From: Trichodelitschia bisporula
Lineage: Eukaryota
NCBI GenBank assembly: GCA_010356995.1
Contig: ML996690.1
Location: forward strand, 685,420-749,419
DNA length: 64,000 nt
Reading direction: 5' to 3'
Shown here: piece after piece, positions 1-13,049 of the stretch
Numbering within the stretch: position 1 is the first letter of the stretch
Layout of the letters: the number at the start of each line of letters is the position of its first letter
The notes under the pieces: generated by a model
The model's database searches: none
The model's input: only the letters and a program-made list of their open reading frames with translations
What the model was told of the DNA's origin: nothing
Program-made: the position numbers and the translations under genes

Positions 1-1927
1 GCCTAGTGGAGCATCGTTCTCCTTGATCGTGGGGAGTCAGCTCTGGATAGCCTTTGGCAAAGACATTTGGATCTACAAGCACAGCCCGGAAAGTCGAAAT
101 GCGACGCAAGTCCTTCAAAAGCCTCTGAATCAGCAACATGTTGGCGAAGTCACATCTGGAACGGTGATTAGCAGCCAGACGGACCGCATTTACTTTGGCC
201 ACATCGATGGAAAGGTGACAATATACTCTCGTAATGACTATAGTTGTCTCGGGATTGTCAGTGTCAGCCTCTACAAGATCAGTTCTCTTGTGGGTGTGGG
301 CGAGCACCTGTGGGCGGGCTTCAACACTGGTATGATTTACGTCTACGACACGACCACGCAGCCGTGGAGGGTTCTGAAGGACTGGAAAGCGCACGAGAAT
401 ACCATTGCTGGTATCCAAGTAGATCGCACGAGTATCTGGAAACTCGACAGATTGCAAGTGGCGTCGCTCGGCACCGATGGAATGATCCGGCTATGGGACG
501 GCATGCTGACCGATGACTGGCTTGGTATTATACCTTGCAAGCTTTCATTACTACGCTAACGCCTCGCAGAGACGGATATGCAGGAACACGACGCGGAATT
601 CTGTGACTTCCGCGAAGTCACCGCGCTTGTGCTGACCTGGAATGCGGGTGCATCGAAGCCGACTAGCCTGAGACATGACGGGCGCGACGCCAATTTTTTT
701 AGAGATCTCTTTCAGTCGATTGAGCCTCCCGACATAATCGTGTTCGGCTTTCAAGAACTAGTCGACCTTGAGGACAAGAAAGTTACAGCCCGTAAGTACG
801 TTTTCTCACGGCGAAGCAATGTTCTCATCAGCACCTAGGGAGTCTTTTCAAGAGCAGCAAGAAAAAGGATGCGCTTGAGCACGAACATATGGCACACCAG
901 TACCGCGCGTGGAAGGACCATCTTACCAAGTGCCTTGAGTTGCATATGCCAGTGGATTCTCCTTACATGCTTCTGCATACTGCCAGTCTTGTCGGACTTT
1001 TCACCTGCGTCTTCGTAAAGCAGTCGGCACGACCCAATATCCGCGATGTTGAGGCAGCCAAAGTCAAACTTGGAATGGGCGGGCATTACGGAAATAAGGT
1101 ACGCAGTTGATCGTGGTTGCTTGCGCCGAATTGACGGGTACAGGGCGCGCTGATTGTCCGTTTCCTTCTCGATGACAGCTCCTTATGCTTCATCAACTGC
1201 CACCTGGCAGCCGGCCAGCGTCAGACGGTGCATCGCAACAACGACATTGCCGCCATCATGGAAGCGGCAGCCTTGCCTCCTGGCAAAGACGTGACAAGCC
1301 GCGCCGATATGTTCGTGAGCGGCGGAGATGGTACCATGATCCTAGATCATGAGATTTGTATTCTCAATGGCGATCTCAACTACCGCATAGATACCATGAG
1401 CCGCGACACTGTCATCGCAGCCGTTAAAGCGAACAACCTAGCCAAGCTTCTTGATCGCGACCAGTTGCTTCTCTCTCGCAAGAAGAACCCAGGCTTCCGT
1501 CTCCGCGCATTTCAAGAAAAGGAAATCACGTTCGCCCCAACTTACAAGTACGATGTGGGCTCTGACAATTACGACTCCAGCGAGAAGAAGCGCTCACCTG
1601 CCTGGTGCGATCGGTTGCTTTACCGCGGCATTGGCCGAATCAAGCAGGTCGACTATAAGAGGCACGAAGTGCGAGTTTCTGATCATAGGCCAGTGAGCGG
1701 TATGTTCAAACTACGCGTCAAGACCATCTCTCCCAAGCGGAGAGTAACTGCACAGGAGCGGTCTGAACAACGCTTTGAGGAGGTCCGGCAACGAATCGCC
1801 ATGGACATCAAGTACGTCTCTCCTATTGACTCATTTGAGCACACTCACTGACAGGTAAAGGCTCGATTACTTGATAAATGTATTTGGCGTGACGGTAAAG
1901 GAAGCGCAGCGGCTACTTGCCAAGTGA
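1..1927 (+). CDS. Inositol polyphosphate 5-phosphatase with upstream WD40-like region (5' truncated by window edge)
   Basis: IPPc motifs TWNAG, FGFQELVDL, NCHLAAG, GDLNYRI, PTYKYD and PAWCDRLL. Introns 525-569, 792-838, 1099-1143 and 1812-1860 (GT-AG) join the frames; stop TGA at 1925-1927. Confidence 0.92.
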
Positions 1928-2346
1928 AGAATGAACATCATATGTATGGCGGACAAGCTTCTGTAGTGAACTGGACTGGAGTGTCGGGGAAGGCTAGGTC
2001 GTTTGGCCGAACGAAGACATGATTTGCATTTGCTGGGGATTACGGATGTATGATTGCATGCATGCATGAGGCAAGGCGTTTTCTTGTTTTAACCTTCGGG
2101 AGAGCGTATTTTTTGTGTGCCCCAATGCATTCGATCATGGAGATCGTTGATTGCCCATGTTCATCAGAGCAAATGCCATGGTGAAGTGTGGGGCCAAATG
2201 CTGTGATCCGCACTCATACGTCATACCCGTTCAGACGTCACTTCCACCTCATACACGACCCCGCGCGACTTAAAGTCAGGAGCGACCCTGGTGACCTGCT
2301 AATGCAAACACCCCTCCTGCTCAAATCTCAATTGGCCCCTTTGCAT

Positions 2347-3266
2347 ATGGCAGCAAGGGGATTTAGATCGCTACATTCCACCACCCTCTTCGTATCCATC
2401 AACGCCCGTACCCCAACACATCAACTCCGCACTTCTGGATCTCGATTTCCACAGCTCGCGACCTTTCAATTCTTCCAGCGCCAGTTCATCTCCAAGACCA
2501 GAGCTATGGATCAAGACGTGGCTCGTGAGGAAACCACCGAGGGCATCAACGAGTGGAAGAAGCGCCCACCATACCGTATCCATGAAGACAACGAAAAGTT
2601 CCCTGTCAAGTACGAAGCTAGCTGCCACTGCGGGAAGGTAAAGTACCAGCTCAGTCGACAGGAGCCTCTGGACTCCAAGCTCTGTCACTGCACGACCTGT
2701 CAAAAGCAACATGGTGAGTCGCGTCGCTGATGGTGAATGGGGAAGATAAATGCTAATACGAGCTCTCGTTTTCAGCTGCTCCATTCCAGTGGGCCGCTAT
2801 TTTCCACAAGGAAGATATCAACTTCACCCACGGCCATCATAACCTCGAATGGTACGATCCGACAGAGAAGAGTGTGGACCATAAGCTGCCATGCAAGGTG
2901 CGCTGCTCGTACTGCCACAGCCCGATCATGGATGAGGGCCGCAATATGATATTGCTCTTCCCTAGCCTGATCGACCTGCAGACTGATGAGGACAAGGCCT
3001 TTTTCAAGCCTAGGTGAGCCGCTTCTAATATTTGTGGGGAAGTCATGGATAGAGGCTAATGCACGGTCTTCTTATTCGGTAATTCCAGATGCCACATGTT
3101 CTACGGCCAGCGCGTCATGGATATTCCCGACGGGCTCCCTAAATGGGATGGCCTCAGCAATGAGAGCAATCTTATTGAGGACAGCCCGCCGGATATGGTC
3201 AAGGACTTCGAACGCAAGCGCGAGGCAGAGCGGAATCAGAGGTTCGAGAAGGGGATGAATCAGTAG
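2347..3266 (+). CDS. GFA/CENP-V (Mss4-like) zinc-binding domain protein
   Basis: CHCG...CHCTTCQKQH...RCSYCHSPI...HMFY motifs; introns 2714-2775 and 3014-3088. Start is ambiguous among in-frame ATGs at 2302, 2347 and 2506. Confidence 0.85.
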
Positions 3267-5115
3267 ATGGCAAAATCGCATTCCATAGGGCTCAGTGATT
3301 TTTCTCCAGTTTTCCAGGCACCGGATAAAAACCTCTCAGCCTGCTCGTGGAGAAGAAAGACCAGGCTGTCCTCGGTGATGGTCCGAGCGTTTGGAACTAG
3401 AATAGTCTGTGGCTTATCTCTTAGAACTTCACAGGGGCACTCCTAAACACTACATCTTCATTGCGCACTGGACCGATATATTTCCTTTGAGAGCGTTGTT
3501 CGTGAAAGACCATAAGTATTTGTAGGAGACGCTTGTAAAGCTGTGAATGAATCCTATGCGTGCTGCTCACACCAAATGTCCTAAGTACGGGTATCTGCTC
3601 TCAATCGACGAGACCAAAACAGAGCATTTCTTAACTTCATGACACGCAGCTCTCTTGCAGCAGCTTGGCGCTAGTCTGTCTGTATCTCGTTTCCCTTGTT
3701 TGCTGAACATGTGGAGAGCATGCGGAGTAGCTTTTGCACCTCTGAGCCGCTCCAGGCTTACTGTACCGGTGTCAGCCTGAGAGTTACCCGTAGAGTACTA
3801 CTGCGTACCATCGTAATTTTTCTCGTCCTACTGAAAGGCACAGGAATGACTCTGTTAAGCATCGCTGGCTTGTGATTGAAGCTGGATCTCTGTGCCAATC
3901 AGCGTGATTTAATAGCAGTAGGAGAATGCTACAGCAGATAGTCGAGTCTACCAGCCACGAGACCGGAAGCTGATGTCCGCTACCCGTAGTCTTGATATCA
4001 AGCACTTCGATGCTGGATGGCGGATAAAAGTTAGGAATGGAATCAGACTTTCGCAAAAGCATATTGAACATGCGGTGCCGGATTTTCATGGTCGAATCGC
4101 ATGTACTTGGGTATCTGCTTATTTACTACGTGCTGAAGTACAGCAGTTACATCCAAAATACGGGGCGGATAGATGAGTGGATATGGTGATTATGGTTATG
4201 GAGGGCGTTTATCGTGGGTTGACAGGAGTGTAGAATAGACAGATAGGCTTGAAGCATAAGGAGATGCAAAAATCTACATCACTGTAGGCTAGATAGAGTT
4301 CCTGTCTGATCTCAGAAGGGACGTCGACAATCTTAAGAACCGGACCTTCCTATTGATCCGGCCTAACCATTGACTACCCTATGGCGGTGTCTTGGACGCA
4401 GTTGTGACAGCTGCTCGTCCCTTGGCTCGCCTGCCATTCAGAGCTGCAAACTATGTTTTGGGCACCCCACTCCAAGTTCTGAACATCACATTCACATCCA
4501 CTCCACACAACCTCCTCATCTACGATTTCTTCGAGGACTTCTTTGAAATCCACATCATCACTCAGTCTCCCTAGTTCATTTCCACTGATAGACACAGGTT
4601 AGTTTACATTCCCTCTCACTCCAATTCACTCTTCGTTTCTTTCATTCCTTCCCTTGCGATGCTGCATTAAGCGCTTCGTGATCATGCGCTTCTTCGCGTA
4701 TCGCGCCTTGTGCCATCACTCTTCTGGGCAAGGCGGGCGATACCAAGCCACACGTCGCCAGCCAGCCAACGGGGACCAGTCCGAGGGGCAAGGGCCTCTC
4801 GCTTACCTAAAGAGAGCCCCTCCCCATCGGAGCAATCTCGGCAGGCTGAAAATCAAAAGAGGCGTGCCACCTCCGTCGTGCGCTGCTCACTCTCCACCCC
4901 CATCAAGGCGGCCACCAGCGCGTTGCACGTCTCTTACCTCTCGCCTCATCAAACCTCCATCCAGACTCTCTTCTATCTGTCGCGGTAGTCATTTTAGCGC
5001 GCGGCTACTTTCTTGTCACTTGACCCGCTGCATCTCTTCACTTCTTTCGTTCTGCACTAAGCATGGCCTTTACCAGACTCAACGTGCCTTCCGGCACTCG
5101 GGTCGCCCTGGCGTA

Positions 5116-8100
5116 ATGGTTACAAGAAGCGGAAAGTTGAAGCTTACGAACAGGTCCCGACAGCCTTCCGATCACTCACCAGCGTCCGAGTCTGTCTTGC
5201 TGCGCCCTGCTCCCGACTCCGCTCCGGAGTACCAGGCACGTGCAATCCTCAAAGAGCGGAACGTTCGTGGTCATCTACAGTACCTCATCGACTGGGAAAA
5301 GGACGTCAGAACAGGCGAAGATTTCAAACCGAGTTGGGAACCAGAGGAGAACGTAAACGAAGCACTCGTCGAAGAGTGGCTGCATCGCCCCGCTCACTCC
5401 TGCTCCGAGTCCAAGGTATGTCCACAAATGCCATTAGCTCCCACTTTTTTTATATGCGACAGCACACGCTTCGACAAGCTGCCAGTTTTGGTCTGCTGTT
5501 AGTAATGTGTCGCTGGCGGAAGAAGCGTCATCTTGTCCCTTGGAGCATCAGCTCAATCGCCCGGCGCGCCAGTCTCAGCCTGGTGGTCACGTGATGCGTG
5601 ACGCACAGACCAAGCGGGCTGGCTGTTTCGCGGGCGCAAAGGACAAGGTGAAGCACCTCTTCCACAGCGTCGCCATTACAACACTCTCCCCCACATACCA
5701 CACCACCTCCAACTGCAAACACTCCCCACAGCATCAAATCTAACCTACTGATTTCGAAAAGGAACACGAACCGGTTGAAGTCCGTTCAACCCGCCAGTCG
5801 GTGTTGAATCGCCAAGGCGACGCGCGTGACCTCGTCGCAGAGGGTCGAGGCTCTGTCTCCGCCTCGTCCTCATCCTCATCCACCATCAAAGTCGTCACAA
5901 TGCCTGCGACGCGCTCTTCCACGCGCCTTAGCAGCGCATTTAAGCAGGCCTCTGCGGAGCCTGCAGAGACGTCGCGTGGCAAGGGCCGTGCCAAGGCTCA
6001 GACGAAAAAGGATCCTCAGCCTGCCGCGCAGACCGCCGGCAAGAACGGAAAGTCTGCCACACCGCAGGCCGCCGCCGCATCGTCTGGCTCTTCAAAGGCA
6101 AGCAAGGCGGCCGAGCCGGCCCTGGATGCCACCTCCGTCCTTTCGCAGGCCACCGCCGGCTCCCAGGCGGGGGCGCCCCCCGACGCCACGACCTCTCTGG
6201 AGCGCATGGAATTTGCGCTTCCTCTTCCGCTCTCCAAGCACTCACTCGACGACTACAAGAAGACGTCCGAAGGTCTAAGTGTCGGCGATCTCCTCAAAAA
6301 ATTCGAAGCTACCTTCGTCGACGACGAGCCACCGGAAGCTACCGAGGACTTTGCTAAGATTGAAGCGGCCATCGACAGTCTTCGCAAGGCGTCGATTCAC
6401 CGTGACCTGGTCGCCGCAGACGAGGAAGAGGGGGGCATCGCGAGCCACCAAGCTGAATGGGCTAAGCACAGCTCCAAGTTTCACTTCCTCGATGCCTTGA
6501 TGAAGGAACTGTCAGATGTCGAGATCCACGTCATCATCCTCTGCACATCAGTCGAGGTGATGCGCCTCGTTGAAACCCAACTCATCGGCTGCAAGGTGAA
6601 CTACCAGCGCCTTGACACCAATAGCAAGGCGGACCCAGCCAAGGTCGACGGACTTCTCCAGGCAACGATCATGCCCCACGACTGGAGCGGATCTGGAGCG
6701 AACGTTCCAAAGGCGGATCTGATTCTCACCCTCGACCACCTCTTCGACGCCTCCAATGAGAGCATCCATGCCTTGCGTCTCGCGCCCAAGAGCAACAGGC
6801 TTTGTCCGGCGATTTCCATCGTGGCTCCAAACACCATCGAGCACATTGAGTTCAATCTCGCGCCTACCTTCTCCCCGCGCAAGCGGCAGTATGTCATCTT
6901 GAAGTGTTCTTTGCGTCTGATGAGCGAGGTCTCAAAGAGCGTGGCAAAGCCGGACGAAATGGAGGCGACGACGAAGGCGGTTGCAAACTTTGTCAAATCC
7001 CACGGTACAGAAGTGGACTGGCCAAAGGGATACCGCCTAGGCCATATTGCGCACAGTGAGGCTTCTGACCTCGCTCGTGGCTTCGTCTCCATCGGGTCGA
7101 CTCCTACTAGCGAATCTGCGCGGACGCGTCGTTCGGCGAAGCGCCGCGCGACGAAGGCTCAACCCGATCCTGCGCGCAAGAAGCAGAAAATGGATAACGA
7201 GTCCGGAACCTCGAGTGTCACCGATCCGACTCCGCCGGCTGCTGAAGCTACGTCTGCTCAAGACGACCTCGTCTCGGTGAAGTTGAATCCCAACCTCGCC
7301 TCACTTCCGTCGACCAAAGAAGCGACTCCCATCTACAGCACCCCAGGAGATCAAAACGTGCCAGACAGCAGCCGATTTCTGCCTGCGGACCTTTCAGAGT
7401 TTGTTTACAAGCCCAAGACTGAGCGCACGGAGCTTGAATGGATGCGGAATCAGCTTGTGGAGTGGGAGAAGAGCGTCGAGCTCGCGATGCAACTGGTTGA
7501 CGCTGAGAAGGACCGCTCCCGGGACCTCTTGAGGGCTCGAGCTGCTGACCAGAAAAAGTACGACGACATGACCCGGGAGCTGAAGTCCACCGTGAAAGCC
7601 AATGGTCGGGTCATTGACCGGCTAACCGCTCAAAACACCAAATTGAACGAGAAAGTGGTAACTCTGACTGCGCGTTTTAACACCACAGAGAGTGATGCTC
7701 GGGGGCAGTTGCACACCATGTCGATCGAAAAGGAATCCCTTCAAACCAAAGTCACCAAGCTCGAAAGGGAACTGAAAGCTGCTCAGGATCACGCAGGATT
7801 CGTCCAGGACGTCCTTGGTAAAGCCCAAAACAGCGCCATCGAGACCAGGGATGAGAACAACAAGCTTCAGGAAGAGAACAAGCGCCTCTCACTTCTTGTA
7901 CTGAACTTGGGTGAAGAGCATTCTGTTCAATCCATGCGTCAGTTTAAGGAGACTTGCGATCGGAAGGTCAAGATCGCGGAAGAGGCTAAGAAGGATTTGG
8001 AGATGACGCTAGCTCAGCGCCATGAAGAGCTTCGGATGCTGAAGCGTGGTCACGGCGTTTCTACGCGTGCTGGTAGTGCGCCGAAAAGCCCTCACGTCGG

Positions 8101-10456
8101 TCCTGCTAGCCGTGTCGGCAGTCCAATTCCTGGTCGTCGCATAGACGCTCTCAAAGACACAGCGAACCAGTGTGTACCCTCTCGTAGATCTCCACGCTTA
8201 CTAACTCTTGCCAGTAACCGTCGCTCAGGCAAGGGCGCGGCTCAGACCACCCCGAGTAGCCTGAAAGAGCCAAAGACGGCCGCTGACAATGCCCGTCCTG
8301 CTCAAGCTAACCCTCAACCGAACATGTTGACCAAGCAGCCAGGCAATTCCCGCCAGTCCAAGTCCAGTGCAGCTACTGTCCCTGAGGCCGGCCGTGTCCA
8401 GCCTACCCCAGATGTCAAGATGTCGACGGAGGGCCCGCCTCAGAAGAAACCTCGGAACGAAACATCTGCCCGCGTCATGACTCGTCGGTCAGCTGAGCTT
8501 GCGCAGCAGCAAACGCCGGTGCAGGAGCCTGAGAAGATGGAGGGCGTCGAGTACACGGTGCCGCAACCGGCGCCTGAGAGCAATCTCAATGCTAAGGCCG
8601 CGAATCAGACGCAGATCCACCCCCTCCTGCGAGCGACACAGCCCCTGACACAGGCCCCGGCCCATCAGCAAAAGCCCAAGCCGCGCCTTCCGGAGCTGCG
8701 TCAAGATCCGAAGCCCACTGAGAAGGCTCTGGAGCCGAAGATGCCAGCGCCGAAGCCTACTCCGAAGGCGAACGCCCAAGCGTTGACTCCTCAGACCATT
8801 GCGAAGTCGACTGACGCCAACCGCGTAACCACCACACCCACTACCACTGGCACGAGTGCGCGTCCGTTTCCATGCTGCTTTCTCCCCTACGGTTGTCCTG
8901 CCGCCTTCACGTCCAAAAATGAGTGGAAACGCCACATCAGCACCAAGCACATACAACTTAATTTCTGGCGCTGCGATATGTGTGGCTCATCCCCTGGAAT
9001 CGACGTTCCGGTCTTCAACGACTTCAATCGGAAAGATTTGTTTACGCAGCATCTGAGGCGCATGCATCCATCGACTGTTCCTGTGATCAAGGACGAAAAC
9101 ACCACGCAGCCGTCAACCACCACTGCTTCTATCCCCGATGACCAGATCGCGCTGATTCAAGAGCGCTGCCATCGCCGCCTCCGTTACGCCCCTGAATCTT
9201 CCAACTGTGTCTTTTGTCCTCGCGAGTTCAGCGGAGCCAACAGTTGGGAAGAGCGCCTTGAACATGTCGGTGGACACCTGGAGCGCGACCGCAAGAACGG
9301 GTCGAACTGCATTGACGTGAGTCAATGGCGGGACGACCCGGCTCTGCGCGACTATCTGTTGCTCGAAGGGATCATCGAAGTCGATCAGCGTGGTGGTTAC
9401 CGGATCGGCGATGGTAAGCCTCGTCGCCCTGTCGACATCGAAGGCTTCCAGGGACAACCGAGTGTGGCCACCGGTGGCGATCAAGTGAAGCCTGACTCCA
9501 CTCCCGCAGCTCCCACCACCGAGCCCGCCAGCGAAGAGTCGAACGGCAAGCGTCGTCGTGGCCGCCCCCCGAAGCGGTACACAGAAGCTGAGACCGAGTC
9601 TCCGCTGCGGCACGTGATGTCCGCGACGCCTACGCCTCAGGCAATGGGCTACAACCTGAACGGCGGTCCTCCGGTCGACCCCCAAGCGCTGGCAATGCAA
9701 CAGCAACAACACATGCAAGGCAGTCATGTTCCCCCGCAGTTCATGGCGGTCCCTCCGATGCCTCCACCAAACCCAGGCGAGTCGCTGTACGACGCGCGCA
9801 CGCAGCATTACACCCGCCAGGCGCCAACTTCAGCGATGCAGTTCATTATCGCGCCGCGGCCTGTTGCCCCTTCGCCGCATTCTGCGGGTCTGCAGCGCCC
9901 GGTCGAGTACTCGGATGTTGGCAACCAGCAGCCTGTCGGCGCGGGCTCGCATCCTCCTCTAGCGCCTAAGCCGCCGACTGAAGGCTCGCACGGTGCTCGC
10001 GCGCCCATTGCCCCCCCGCAGCCCGCAATGGCTCAATTCCGCTTTGAACGGCCGCTGCAAGCGCAGCAAGGTAGCCCGGAGCAAACCACGAACGCCAATC
10101 CGGATCCGGCCCACCGCGAGGACAAGGACCCGGGCTTCCACCACCATCCGCACATGCAGAAGGTCCAGCAGCTCGAAGCCAAGCTTGGAAATCGGTCGAA
10201 GCCGTTTCCGGGAACGCCGGGCTCTGCGCCTTCCCCCCAGAGTATGGCCAATGCGCAAGCTCATGCCGCCAACAACCTCTTCAGCGTCTTTGCCGCGCCT
10301 CCGCCGGAATTTGCTACTCCGGCTCCTCCGTCACCTTTTTTGTCTTCTGCTTCAGCGGCCCCTGTCGCTTCACCTTCTGGTGAAGCGGTCGGTGGGGCGG
10401 AGGACAAGAGTCGTGGTCGGCCTGGGAAAGGATTTCATGACGTCGTCATGAGCTAG
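5116..10456 (+). CDS. Large chromatin protein: chromodomain + HDA2/3-like domain + coiled coil + C2H2 zinc fingers + AT-hook
   Basis: Exon 5116-5415 encodes YQARAILKE...YLIDW...F.PSWEPEENV (chromodomain). Intron 5416-5761 (GTATGT...CTAAC...AAG) splices in phase 0 into the frame of ORF 5801-10456. That ORF has EFALPLP...HRDL...SSKFHFL (HDA2/3-like), a heptad-rich region, CCFLPYGC...WKRHISTKH, CDMC...FTQHLRRMH, CVFC...LEHVGGH and KRRRGRPPKR. Probable in-frame intron 8170-8214. Confidence 0.8.
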
Positions 10457-11330
10457 ATGTGGCGCGATGGCGCATGTGGAGGGAAAAAGGAAAAATGGGA
10501 CGAGTGGAACGGAGCATTTGTGCAGGGAGTGTAGTGCGATGATGAGTTATAGTTATGGTTTACATTGTTTCATTTGTACGCGGGCCAGGTTCTGTACGTA
10601 GATCTGGAGCGCGCTGGCCTTCTTTGGCTTATGACTACGAGCGGTTTACTAGGCTTCCGACATGTATCTAGACTTTTGCCGCATGGATAGCCGCGGTTTA
10701 CTGGGGAGTTTTGCTCGTTCAGAGAGGCTAGGAAACTTATGGCGGTGGCTGGTGAGCGCACCTTGGTTCATGTAGGGCGGCTCGCGAAGCTCGAATAGCG
10801 TAAAAGATTTGCGGTCGTTTCATTGTTGCGGTTTGAACTGTTATTTTGCATCTTTCTCATTGCGCCATTTGAGCGTTTGCGCGTCAACCAAGGCCGCCAT
10901 CTCATCAATACGTTGAAGGATCATGGACGCTGGATTTGTGTCCCGTCGGGTGTTCATACTGGCAATTCAGTCGTGGAAAGTTCACCTGGTTTGAGATACT
11001 GATGCTCTGCGCGTGAATGTGATACATACCCCCTTGTGATCTAGACAAGGAGCATATCACTCTTAAGAAGGAACGTGATGTAATGTGCGCACGATAGAAG
11101 GAAGGTGCATAGCAGGATACTTGGTATCATTGTGTATTATTCTTGAGAGTTCCCCGACTGTCTTCCTCTTTTTGGCTTCCCCTTCAATCTTCAGTCTTAC
11201 AGTGGACTTAGCAGGTAAGGAGCCGTCGCTCCCATCAAGCTTGCACCAACTGCCTTTAGTGAGGTGCCACAACAAAGAAAGTCTTTAAAGGATAACACGC
11301 AGATCCCCAGGTCATACTGAGAGCCCTTTC

Positions 11331-12742
11331 TCAGCCCTTCCAGACAGGCGGGTGGACCACGCCATGCCCGCTGATGGGGACCTTCCGTAGCCTCGCAACT
11401 CGAATCCACCTTTCATTCTGCTCTTCCTTCAGGACATCCACCCAAGCACGTTCGCCGTCCTCTTCCAACCCCACAGCCGTATGAATCGCATTATCTCCTC
11501 TCTCCGCCCAAACCTCCGCCCTGCGCGCCATCAAATCCGCCTGGACCCTGCCCATAATCGTCTGCAACACCGTGTCCCCAACCTCCTCCTTCAATCTCTC
11601 CTTGCCTGTCGTGAAATGACGCACCAACATCCCCTGACAATCATTCCCCTGCCCAGGAAACCCATTCGCATCATCGCACGCAAAAGCCTTAAAATCCGTC
11701 TCCCGGTCATACATATACCTAACGTACTCGCCAAACGCGCCCTGCTCCGCCGGCCATTCTTTCAGAAACCTTTCACAACCGGGAAATCGCTCACCGTCGT
11801 CCGGACACGCGAGCCAGGCGCGCAGCATGGCGAACGTGCGCGGTAAATTCAGCGCGGTAATGAACCCGGCGTTCGGGTTCAAGGCTCCGAAGCGGTTGTT
11901 CGTGTAGCCGATCGGCTCACCGGCTGTGGTGAGCGAGACGTCAAGCGCCATGGCGAGGGAGGTGTTGCGTGTTACGCGCCAGCGGTTCAGGAGCCATTCG
12001 TAGGGCAGGTGCAGGTGCCGGAAGACGGCGTCGGCGTCGATCATAACCACAGCGTCGTAGTGCGGTAGTGTGTCGGCTAGCGCGGAGACTTTCGTCCACA
12101 TGTCGGCGCGAGAAGCGTTGGGATAGCGTCGCGTGTGGATGAATTTGTAGGAGTAGCCGTGGATCGTAGCTGGCGGGTTAGAGGGGAAAGCGGGTGAGGT
12201 GGGAGGGCGTACCGTAGAGGTAGTGGTTTAGCATGCCTTGCGAGACACCGGTCATGCTGGCCCAACTAAAGGTCGGGTTGAAGATTTGGTTCGCGTCATC
12301 GAGGGGCCGGGTGTCGACGTCGAGGATGAGGATCCGCTTGCCGAGCGATTCTGTCCATAGTGGGGCGCCGGTGAAATTGTACACCGTCCCATCTCTTGTG
12401 TCTGTAAAGTTTGGCTCCGTGATCAGCTGAAGAAGTGGAGCATAAAGAGCGCGGATTGCGTCGTCGAAGCCGATGGTAGACTCGACGTTGACGGTCTGAT
12501 TTGGAGCAGGTGCTGAGCGAAGGAACGAGAAGGCTGGTAACGATATGCTAGTAGGATATTCATTAGCCATCTCACGGCAAGGGTGAGAAATAAACCAACC
12601 TGAGCTGAGACAACTGCTCTCTAGTCTTCAACGTCAGTCTGGCAGATGAGAGAGAGAAGGAAACAAGCAGTGCAAGAAAAGTGACGAAGGAGAGGACGAG
12701 CAGTGTAGAATTGAGTCTCTTAAATTGCCGCATTTTCAGCAT
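11331..12742 (-). CDS. Type II membrane glycosyltransferase (GT34/GMA12-MNN10-like)
   Basis: N-terminal TM anchor; LNHYLYATIHGYSY, WTKV, DADA (DxD), NAGFI and PAEQ motifs. Introns 12548-12599 and 12170-12212 restore the frame. Confidence 0.8.
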
Positions 12743-12988
12743 GACGCTGCCGGAGCTCACTTGAAGCGAGATTATGAACTCAAGGACACCAGGACCTCTG
12801 CATTCTAATACATATTCGGCGACGGGATACAGGTAGTGGAGCTTGAAGACTAGTCGGTGCGTTCTGCGATGTGGCTAGCTGCCCGCAATGAAAGCTTCAG
12901 TTATACATCTAATTCAGTGAGTCGTACCCAATTCACCAACGGACTACGGCCAGTGTGCTTCCACACAATGCTGGGTGATGGTTGTAGA

Positions 12989-13049
12989 GTTTGGTTTGGT
13001 TTGGTTTGGTTGGTTGGCTTGTGTTGGTTAGGTTGGTTGAGTTGGGTTG
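12989..13049. repeat. Degenerate (GTTTG/GTTG)n microsatellite
   Basis: gtttggtttggtttggtttggttggttgg... decaying into variant units. Confidence 0.75.

Noticed and set aside
3400..4600. Lower-GC stretch with stop-interrupted frames; possible RIP-degraded gene or transposon
   Set aside because: No recognisable protein motif, terminal repeat or target-site duplication; needs TBLASTX.
4654..5115. N-terminal extension of the 282-aa ORF upstream of the chromodomain
   Set aside because: The track start is TTG and the sequence looks like promoter or UTR; ATG 5116 is preferred, though upstream in-frame ATGs are not excluded.
12989..13049. Interstitial telomere repeat
   Set aside because: Units are GTTTG/GTTG, not TTAGGG.
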